A stretch of 24,000 nt of DNA from NCBI RefSeq assembly GCF_041468085.1, contig NZ_CP121017.1:2459676-2483675 (forward strand). The letters are read 5' to 3'. The notes under the pieces were generated by a model. The model did not search any database, was not told where the DNA came from, and saw only the letters and a program-made list of their open reading frames with translations. This document shows positions 1 to 7,632 of this stretch, one piece after another (position 1 is the stretch's first letter; every line of letters starts with the position of its first letter). Made by a program: the position numbers and the translations under genes. This DNA comes from Tistrella mobilis. GTDB lineage: Bacteria > Pseudomonadota > Alphaproteobacteria > Tistrellales > Tistrellaceae.

Positions 1-302
1 GGACCCTCATTGCCTCGCAGGAGGATCTGGAGACCCTGGCGCTTGATGGTGCCTCGGCGCAGATCGCTGCCCTGAAAGGGTGGCGACGCGAGGTTTTCGG
101 TGAAGACGCCCTGCGTCTTCTGGCAGGTGACGTCGCTCTTGGTGCCCGCGGCCGCTCCATCGCCGTGCTGTCCCTCTCTGGCGACGAAACGGTATTGCAG
201 GCAACCCGCCGCAAGCGGCGCAAGCGCAAGACCCGCAAGGATGAAGAGCCAGCCGGCGCGGATGATGCCCCCGCAACGCCGGACGCCGTCACGGCCGATT
301 GA
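1..302 (+). CDS. rnd: Ribonuclease D, C-terminal fragment (5' end lies outside the window)
   Basis: Frame +3 is open from the window edge to TGA at 300-302, with mostly G/C third positions. It is absent from the ORF track because no start codon lies in-window. My translation: TLIASQEDLETLALDGASAQIAALKGWRREVFGEDALRLLAGDVALGARGRSIAVLSLSGDETVLQATRRKRRKRKTRKDEEPAGADDAPATPDAVTAD*. The LIAS.EDLE...L.GWRRE.FGE.AL.L pattern matches my memory of alphaproteobacterial RNase D C-termini. Not search-verified. Confidence 0.55.
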   Translation, partial: TLIASQEDLETLALDGASAQIAALKGWRREVFGEDALRLLAGDVALGARGRSIAVLSLSGDETVLQATRRKRRKRKTRKDEEPAGADDAPATPDAVTAD

Positions 303-1067
303 TCAACGCTCGGCCTGAAGCATCAGCGTCGGCACCCCTGCCGGCGGCTCCACCAGGGTGAAAACCCGGGTTCCGGGCCGGCGACCGGTCCGGATTGCGG
401 TCACGGCGATGCCTGCCGCGCCCAGGCGCCGATGTGCAGCCTCGATATCAGCCACCCGCCAGCACACCCCCCACAACCGGTCCGGTGCAGGCGGATGTGG
501 CATGTCGGATGTTTCGTGAACCACCTCGACCACCGCGTCGCCGCAGCGGAAGAACAGCATCCGCGCACCCCAGCCCGGGTTGGCGCGATCCAGCCTGAGA
601 TCCAGACCCAGCCTTCCGCCGAGCATCGCCAGGGACCGCTCAGGGTCATCACTCGCCACGACCAGATGATCGAGACCGGTAACACTGCCCGTCGCCACCG
701 GCCGCGCAATATCCGGTTCGGCCAGAAGCCAGAGCGCAGGGTCCATACCGCTGCGCAGCACCGCGACCGGGCGGCCATCCACGGCATCGGTACCGTGATC
801 GACGACAAGCCCGCGTCGGGCAGCGAGGCGGGCGGCACGCTCCAGATTTCCGACCGACAGACCGGCATGGGCCAGGCCTTCCGCCACGGCCCCCTCCCCG
901 ACGCCGGTCTCGGATCGCACCAGCCGCAGCTCCAGTCCGCCGATCCGGAACCGGGCGACCTTGTCGTCCGCTGCCACGGGGCTGCAATCCAGAATGCAAC
1001 TGTAGAGCCGGGTGGCGGCATCGATAGCAGGCACCCGGATCATGAGATGGTCGAGCCCGAGAATCAT
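303..1067 (-). CDS. Two-domain VOC (glyoxalase/bleomycin-resistance/dioxygenase) family protein
   Basis: 254-aa ORF with two repeats of the VOC fold signature: N-terminal GLDHLMIRVP.IDAA..LY and a second GLDHLVVASDDPERSLAML...FFRCGDAVVEVVH. Its ATG (1065-1067) overlaps the hda stop (1064-1066) as ATGA. Substrate unknown. Confidence 0.75.
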   Translation of the reverse strand: MILGLDHLMIRVPAIDAATRLYSCILDCSPVAADDKVARFRIGGLELRLVRSETGVGEGAVAEGLAHAGLSVGNLERAARLAARRGLVVDHGTDAVDGRPVAVLRSGMDPALWLLAEPDIARPVATGSVTGLDHLVVASDDPERSLAMLGGRLGLDLRLDRANPGWGARMLFFRCGDAVVEVVHETSDMPHPPAPDRLWGVCWRVADIEAAHRRLGAAGIAVTAIRTGRRPGTRVFTLVEPPAGVPTLMLQAER

Positions 1068-1792
1068 CCGTCGCCTGCCACCTGACTGCGGCCACGAACC
1101 CGTGGCACCGGAATGCCGAGCACGCCGCGCGCCAGCGCCACCGTGATCCCGCGGCGTTCGGCCAGCGCCACGGCATCGAGCTGATCCACCAGCCGGCGGG
1201 CGGCATCGAAGGACCGTTCCATATGCAGCGTCAGCCAGCGCACCACCTCGCCACTGACCCTGAGCTGACGGTCGGCGAACAGCTTGACCAGCACGGCGCT
1301 CAGAAGCGCATCATCAGGCGGTCCCACCCTGACCGCAGGGGCCGCGCGCAGCCTTGAGGCAAGATCCGGCAGGGCCAGCGCCCAGCGGGCCGGCGGCTCG
1401 GCACCGGTCAGCAGCAGCGTGCCACCGGCGGCAGCCAGGTGGTTGTAGAGGTGGAACAGGGCCGCCTCGTCGGCGCCGGCGGCAATCGCCTCGCCCACAT
1501 CCTCCACCAGCACCGCCCGCGCACCACCGGACAACTCAGCCGGTGCCGCATCCGCGGCCAGCCGCTCGGGTGACACCTCCACCGCGCCGCTCATCGCCTG
1601 CCACACCCGGGCCAGATGGGTCTTGCCGCAGCCGGCCGGTCCGTGAATGGCAAGCGCCGGCCCCGGCCAGTCGGGCCAGCGATCGAGCCAGGCCACCGCC
1701 TCTGCGTTGGATGGCGCGACGAGGAAATCCTCCCGCCCGAGTGCCGGGCGAAGCGCAAGGTCCAACGGCAGTTGAGCGGGGCGTCGTGTCAA
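1064..1792 (-). CDS. hda: DnaA regulatory inactivator Hda (HdaA-type AAA+ protein)
   Basis: 242 aa. Has an N-terminal beta-clamp-binding-type motif QLPLDL (residues 7-12) and Walker A GPAGCGKTHL. Length and layout are typical of Hda. The start is TTG (reverse complement of 1790-1792), overlapping the TGA of the upstream permease (TTGA). No in-frame ATG lies upstream of the clamp motif. Confidence 0.85.
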   Translation of the reverse strand: MTRRPAQLPLDLALRPALGREDFLVAPSNAEAVAWLDRWPDWPGPALAIHGPAGCGKTHLARVWQAMSGAVEVSPERLAADAAPAELSGGARAVLVEDVGEAIAAGADEAALFHLYNHLAAAGGTLLLTGAEPPARWALALPDLASRLRAAPAVRVGPPDDALLSAVLVKLFADRQLRVSGEVVRWLTLHMERSFDAARRLVDQLDAVALAERRGITVALARGVLGIPVPRVRGRSQVAGDG

Positions 1793-2928
1793 CGACCAGC
1801 CTCCGGAGCATCGGTGGAGCAGGCATCCGGCGCCCCGGTCGCATCGATGACGGTGGCATCGACTGCCGGGCGCGGATCATAGAGCGCACTGGCAAGATAG
1901 CGCTCCAGCGCATAGCGCACCACAACCGCAACGCAGACCGCCGCCGGCAGGGCCACCAGCACGCCCACCAGCCCGAACAGCGCGCCGCCGACCATCAGGG
2001 CGAAGATGATCCAGACCGGGTGCAGCCCCACGCGATTGCCGACCAGCGGCGGCTGCAGCAGGGTCTCGATCCCCTGCCCGGCCAGGAAGATCGCGCCCGC
2101 CGCGATCACATGCCAGTCGGTGCCGAACTGAAGCAGCGAAAAGCCGACCGACAGAGCGAAGCCGCTGATGAAGCCGACAAACGGCACAAAGGACAGGATA
2201 CCCGCCGCCATGCCGACCGGTACCGCCAGATCCAGCCCGATGGTCACCAGACCCAGCGAATACCAGGTACCGAGGATCAGGCAGAGCAGTGTCTGGCCGC
2301 GGACCAGGCCGGCGATGCCGCGATCCATGTCGCGGGCCAGCCGTCGCACCACATCGCGACCGGTCACCGGCACCCAGCCATCGATCCGTGCCATCATCGC
2401 GTCCCAGTCGCGCAGCAGATAGAAGCTGACCACCGGGGTGATCAGGATCAGCGAGACCAGATTCGCGATCGACATCACCGAATTCATCACGCCCTTGAGC
2501 ACGTCGGCGATCATGCCGGCCGCACGGGACCCCTCCCCCTCGGCCGAGGTGAACATCGCCTGGATGCGATCCGCCACTTCGGGCGGCAGTCGACGCCAGA
2601 GCAGATCCAGCTGCGGCAGAACCTCTTCACGTACTGCCTTGATGTAGTCCGGCAGCTTGTCGATGAAGGTACTGATCCGGGTCTGGATATAGGGGGCGAG
2701 CACGGCAATCCCGATCACGATCACGCCGAAGAACATGATCGTCACCAGCCAGGTGGATGCCATGCGCCCCAGGCCGGCACGTTCGATGCGATCGACCACG
2801 GGGTCGAGGAAATAGGCAACCAGAAGCCCCGCCACGAAGGGCAGAAGTACGCCCCCCAGCAGCCACAGGCTGCCGATCAGCACCACGATGAAGGCGGCCC
2901 AGAACAGGGTGCGTGCACTACGGCTCAT
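1789..2928 (-). CDS. AI-2E family transporter (PerM/YhhT-like permease)
   Basis: Polytopic membrane protein with the characteristic N-terminal LLPFVAGLLVAYFLDPVVDRIE segment. The track ORF extends to 3006. I prefer the ATG at 2926-2928 (MSRSARTLFW...) because AAGGGAGA sits 6 nt upstream and this removes a 59-nt overlap with the preceding gene. Confidence 0.8.
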   Translation of the reverse strand: MSRSARTLFWAAFIVVLIGSLWLLGGVLLPFVAGLLVAYFLDPVVDRIERAGLGRMASTWLVTIMFFGVIVIGIAVLAPYIQTRISTFIDKLPDYIKAVREEVLPQLDLLWRRLPPEVADRIQAMFTSAEGEGSRAAGMIADVLKGVMNSVMSIANLVSLILITPVVSFYLLRDWDAMMARIDGWVPVTGRDVVRRLARDMDRGIAGLVRGQTLLCLILGTWYSLGLVTIGLDLAVPVGMAAGILSFVPFVGFISGFALSVGFSLLQFGTDWHVIAAGAIFLAGQGIETLLQPPLVGNRVGLHPVWIIFALMVGGALFGLVGVLVALPAAVCVAVVVRYALERYLASALYDPRPAVDATVIDATGAPDACSTDAPEAGR

Positions 2929-2947
2929 CCGGTCTCCCTTCGGATCG

Positions 2948-3565
2948 TCAGGACGGCGGTCGGCCGTCGGCGTCATCGCGAGGCTCGTGATCATGCGTGC
3001 GGGCATGGGACAGCCAGCGCCCCAGATAGCCCGCCCCGGATGTCAGGGTGGTGGCTGCCACCACCAGCATCAGCAATTCCGTCACCGTCCGCCAGTGACG
3101 TTCATCGGTCGGACCGTGACCGGGCAGGATCATCGCCGTCATGGCCATGACCATGAGCGCGAGCCCGATCTGGGCTGCGGTATTGATCTTGCTGGCCCGC
3201 GAGGGGGCGATGGCGAAGGGCTGGCCCATGGTCTGGCCCAGCATCACCGCCCCCATGATCAACACATCGCGCGAGGCCACCAGCATCACCAGCCAGGCCG
3301 GCACCAGATTCTGCCAGCCGAGGGCGATGAACGTTCCGGCGATCAGCAACTTATCGGCAATCGGGTCCAGCCAGGCGCCCAGCTCGGTCTTGGCATCGAA
3401 GCGCTTGGCGATCCAACCGTCCAGCCCGTCGGAAAATCCGGCAAGGAGGAAAATCCAGAAGGCCTCCGCCACCATGCCCTTCAGGATCAGCCAGATCACC
3501 ACCGGCACCATCAGGATGCGGGCGGTGGTGATCAGGTTGGGCAGCTGGCGCAGGTCCGGGGCCAT
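2948..3565 (-). CDS. CDP-alcohol phosphatidyltransferase family protein (PgsA-like; substrate not assignable)
   Basis: 205 aa and multi-TM. The family motif DG-x2-A-[RK]-x8-G-x3-D-x3-D is read directly as DGWIAKRFDAKTELGAWLDPIADK. The N-terminus ...LPNLITTARI is typical of the family. Confidence 0.8.
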   Translation of the reverse strand: MAPDLRQLPNLITTARILMVPVVIWLILKGMVAEAFWIFLLAGFSDGLDGWIAKRFDAKTELGAWLDPIADKLLIAGTFIALGWQNLVPAWLVMLVASRDVLIMGAVMLGQTMGQPFAIAPSRASKINTAAQIGLALMVMAMTAMILPGHGPTDERHWRTVTELLMLVVAATTLTSGAGYLGRWLSHARTHDHEPRDDADGRPPS

Positions 3566-3571
3566 GACGGA

Positions 3572-4849
3572 TCAGCCGCCGGTCCCCACCGTGCGCGGCG
3601 GCACGCCGCCGCCCGGCCCGGCCGCGCCCGGTATACTGCCACCTGTGGCCGGCGCACCGCCGGTGGTCGCCGCCCCGCCTGCCGCCGGCGAGGTGGACGT
3701 GGTGGCCGGCGCCACGCCGCCATAGGGAGCAAGACCGGAGTTCTGAGGCGGCACAGGCTGCATGCCGGCATCGGGATTGCGGATGCGATCGACCAGTTCC
3801 CAATCCACACCCAGGGGTACCAGCGCCAGATTCTGGCGGGTCAAGGCCGCCTGCAGCCCGTCACGATCGCCGTAATAGCGGATCGTGATCTCGGCACCGA
3901 CATTGGACAGGAGCGTCTCCTCGACCTTCTCGATCATGGCGAGCGCCGTCAGCCGGCGACGGATCTCGGCCCAGACCGACAGATTGGCGAAACGCACCAC
4001 CGCATCCAGGCGCTCTCGCCGGCTGTAGTCGACGATGTTGGTCGCACGCCAGCCGCTACGCGCCTGATCCAACAACTGGGCAACCACCGCCTCGGCTGCC
4101 GTCGTGACACCGTTGTCGCCGGCAATCTGGCCGTTGGCTGTATAAACGCTGCCATCGGCAGCCGTCATCCGGCCCTGAAGCTGGCTGCCGGTCACCTGAG
4201 CCTCGGCAACCCAGACACCCTCGGCATCGTAACGCTTCGCCAGCTCGCCCTTGGCCACATCATCGGCGAGCGAGGCACCATCGGCCGGCAGGGCCTGACG
4301 GTCGGCAAGATCGCCGAGCGGCACCAGCATGGGGATCAGCCCGCCCCGGCCCACGGCCTGTTCCCAGGCGGCACGCCACCAGCCGTCATCCCAGTAGATA
4401 CCGTCATCGGTACGGATCACCGGGACCACCAGCGACAGGCCCTGATCGGCAGCAGCGAAGGCGATCCCGGCATTGCGCAGCAGGCCGCGCACGCCCTCGG
4501 CATCGAAGCGCACGGTCAGGGTGGCACGATAGCGCTGCGGCGCCACCGCTTCGTTCGAAACGTCGATCGAGCGGACCAGCCGGAGCAGCTGATCGTCGGG
4601 GGGCTGCGGCAGGCGGCCGTGATCGCGCGGATCGGTCATGCCGCGCAGCAGCATGTCCAGCGCCTTGCGCTGACCAACGGCAAGCGCCTTTTCGCGTGCC
4701 GCATTGGCATTACCCGCGGCTTCATCGACCGCGACACCGTCCTGGGTGTAGACCTGAGCGCGGCTTTGCGCCAGAGCCGCACCGGACGCGGCCAGACAGA
4801 GCACCGCCACGGCAAGGGCGGCGAGTACCGGCACGAGGAGCCGGAGCAT
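3572..4849 (-). CDS. Secreted protein of unknown function, probably DUF2066 family, with a Gly/Pro/Ala/Thr-rich C-terminal tail
   Basis: The track ORF runs to 5173. I set the start at ATG 4847-4849, where a canonical signal peptide begins (MLRLLVPVLAALAVAVLCLAASGAALA|Q) and third-position G+C rises from ~62% to ~81% (hand count). The DUF2066 label rests on my memory that such proteins sit beside purM and hda in Proteobacteria. Not search-verified. Confidence 0.6.
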   Translation of the reverse strand: MLRLLVPVLAALAVAVLCLAASGAALAQSRAQVYTQDGVAVDEAAGNANAAREKALAVGQRKALDMLLRGMTDPRDHGRLPQPPDDQLLRLVRSIDVSNEAVAPQRYRATLTVRFDAEGVRGLLRNAGIAFAAADQGLSLVVPVIRTDDGIYWDDGWWRAAWEQAVGRGGLIPMLVPLGDLADRQALPADGASLADDVAKGELAKRYDAEGVWVAEAQVTGSQLQGRMTAADGSVYTANGQIAGDNGVTTAAEAVVAQLLDQARSGWRATNIVDYSRRERLDAVVRFANLSVWAEIRRRLTALAMIEKVEETLLSNVGAEITIRYYGDRDGLQAALTRQNLALVPLGVDWELVDRIRNPDAGMQPVPPQNSGLAPYGGVAPATTSTSPAAGGAATTGGAPATGGSIPGAAGPGGGVPPRTVGTGG

Positions 4850-4911
4850 GGGTCGGACGCCACTGAAGGCGGAAAGGCCGGGTACAGCGTGGCCTGGCTG
4901 CATTGCTAGCA

Positions 4912-4939
4912 TTGCAAACGCCGATCGTTGCAGTATGTT
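4912..4939 (+). promoter_or_regulatory. Candidate sigma-70-type promoter for purMN
   Basis: TTGCAA (4912-4917), a 16-nt spacer, then TATGTT (4934-4939). The -35 element overlaps a direct repeat GCATTGC-ta-GCATTGC (4900-4915). Motif match only; it would imply a ~180-nt leader. Confidence 0.25.
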
Positions 4940-5124
4940 CACCGCGCCGGACCGCCCGCCGGGCCGCCCGCCGTTCTTGTTCGACGGCAACTCTAGTCGA
5001 GAGCCGGCGCGCTGAAAACCATCTCGCCCGGAAATCAGCTTCACGACACGGGATTGCCGCAGCACGCGGTACCGGACGCGTGATGGCTGCCCCCGGACCA
5101 CGACACTCAGAGGCGATGCCTTCG

Positions 5125-6221
<1,097 letters not shown>

Positions 6222-6249
<28 letters not shown>

Positions 6250-6887
6250 TCTCCGGATCGGGCAGCAACCTTCAGGCATTGATCGATGCGGTCGCCGCCG
6301 ATCCGGACCATCCGGCCCGGATCCGGCTGGTGATTTCAAACAGGCCCGGGGTCTACGGGCTGGAGCGGGCTGCCGCGGCCGGTATCGAGGCGGTGGTCAT
6401 CGATCACAGGACCTTTCCCGACCGGGCTGCCTTTGATGCCGCTCTTCACGCCGAGCTTGAGGCGCGCGGGATCGAACTGGTCTGTCTTGCCGGCTTCATG
6501 CGCATCCTGACCGCCCCCTTTGTCGAGGCCTGGACCGGGCGGATGCTGAACATCCACCCCTCAATCCTGCCGGCCTTCAAGGGGGCGCGCGCGATCGACG
6601 ATGCCCTGGCGGCCGGCGTGCGGATCACCGGCGTCACCGTGCATTACGTGGTTCCGGAAATGGATGCCGGGCCGATCGTGGTTCAGGCCGCGGTACCGGT
6701 GCTGCCGGGTGACGATCATGATGCGCTGGCGAAGCGCATCCACGCCGCCGAACACCGGATCTACCCCGCCGCCCTGCGCTGGGTTGCCGCCGGCGACGTG
6801 CGGTTGGCAGAGTCGGGCCATGTCGAACACCTGACCGATCCGGTGGCGATCAACTCGGTGCTGATCTCGCCACCCGCCCTCGGCTGA
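6222..6887 (+). CDS. purN: Phosphoribosylglycinamide formyltransferase
   Basis: The true N-terminus [22 protein letters not shown] and the [12 protein letters not shown] motif are classic PurN. The start at 6222 overlaps the purM 3' end by 28 nt. The upstream Arg/Gly-rich part of the track ORF is non-coding in this frame. Confidence 0.9.
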
Positions 6888-6908
6888 CGCCGGGCTGTCA
6901 TTGATATG

Positions 6909-6948
6909 AAAAAGGGCCGCGCGGCTTGTGCCACGCGGCCCTTTTCTT
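6909..6948. terminator. Bidirectional rho-independent terminator between convergent purN and ndk
   Basis: AAAAA, then GGGCCGCG(c)GG, loop cttgtg, CC(a)CGCGGCCC, then TTTTCTT. This gives an 8-bp GC stem plus 2 further bp (6914-6941), with an A-tract 5' and a T-tract 3', so it reads as a terminator on both strands. Confidence 0.75.
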
Positions 6949-6966
6949 CGTCCCGAAGGCGTCGGA

Positions 6967-7389
6967 TCAGCCGACGATCTCGGTCTGGGCGAAGAAGTAG
7001 GCGATCTCGATCGCCGCGTTCTCGGCCGAATCCGAACCATGAACCGAGTTGGCTTCGATCGACTCAGCGAAATCCTTGCGGATGGTGCCCTCGGCGGCAT
7101 TGGCCGGGTTGGTGGCGCCCATGATCTCGCGGTTGGCGGCAACCGCATTCTCACCCTCAAGCACCTGGACCACGACCGGGCCCGAGATCATGAAAGCGAC
7201 GAGGTCGTTGAAGAAGGGGCGCTCGCTGTGCACCGCGTAAAAGCCCTCGGCCTGGGCCTTGGTCAGCTGCAGGCGCTTCTGGGCAACGATACGCAGACCC
7301 TTCGCCTCGAAACGGGCATTGATCTGGCCGGTCAGGTTGCGGCGGGTGGCGTCGGGCTTGATGATCGACAGGGTGCGCTCGGTGGCCAT
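6967..7389 (-). CDS. ndk: Nucleoside diphosphate kinase
   Basis: 140 aa: [14 protein letters not shown]...NSVHGSDS (active-site His motif)...YFF. The track ORF (to 8001) is grossly over-extended; the ATG is at 7387-7389. Confidence 0.95.
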   Translation of the reverse strand: MATERTLSIIKPDATRRNLTGQINARFEAKGLRIVAQKRLQLTKAQAEGFYAVHSERPFFNDLVAFMISGPVVVQVLEGENAVAANREIMGATNPANAAEGTIRKDFAESIEANSVHGSDSAENAAIEIAYFFAQTEIVG

Positions 7390-7632
7390 GTCTCGAACTC
7401 GTCTCTCGGAAGCAGAAGGAAGCGGTGCCGCAGGGACATCCCCGGCACCGACGGGTCTCCGCGGCCACCCCGACCGGCCCGTTGCCGGGCGCTTGTCGAC
7501 ATGCCGCGATCGAGCCGGCTTATAACGGTTTCCCGGGGCCGGGGCAACCGCCGCTCCATGACGGTAAAGCGCAGACGTCCCCTCATCCGGGAGCGGATGA
7601 CAGCCCTCGCGGCTCATGCTATGTGATCGCCC

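Noticed and set aside
4851-4902. Superficial resemblance to the 5' half of a ZTP (pfl) riboswitch upstream of purM: GGGTCGGAC...GGCggaaagGCCGGGTA...GTGGCCTGGCTGC.
   Set aside because: I find no closing strand for a P1 helix (no CGACCC) and no conserved CCGCCUGGGC 3' module. The segment also lies upstream of the only promoter-like element and abuts the divergent gene's start codon. An Infernal scan with RF01750 would settle it; I expect no hit.
1354-4909. Very long ORFs on the opposite strand of real genes. Examples: 1354..3150 (+) 598 aa, 2888..4909 (+) 673 aa, 5263..6339 (-), 11254..12423 (-), 13135..14784 (+), 17908..19161 (-), 21475..22662 (-).
   Set aside because: Their translations are Arg/Gly/Ala/Pro/His/Asp-rich low-complexity strings with no motifs. 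They lie exactly antisense to, or frame-shifted within, well-supported conserved genes. Stop-codon-poor shadow frames are expected in DNA this GC-rich.
4952-4975. Tandem 12-nt GC repeat CCGCCCGCCGgg / CCGCCCGCCGtt in the purM leader region.
   Set aside because: It is a low-complexity CCG-type repeat that arises easily by chance or slippage in GC-rich non-coding DNA. It has no complementary partner for a structure and no obvious link to a known motif.
4903-5124. N-terminal extensions of track ORFs: purM from 4903, purN from 6066, ndk to 8001, pepA to 14727, DUF2066-like to 5173, surA from 19307, lptF from 14685.
   Set aside because: The extensions are Arg/Pro-rich, unlike the family N-termini, and cross divergent promoter regions or neighbouring genes. 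Internal ATGs give canonical N-termini, signal peptides or SD motifs.
7423-7450. An 8-bp hairpin CGGTGCCG-(12 nt)-CGGCACCG in the ndk 5' region.
   Set aside because: It may be part of the ndk leader or the divergent promoter region. It is short, GC-driven and has no associated motif, so it is not distinguishable from chance in this composition.
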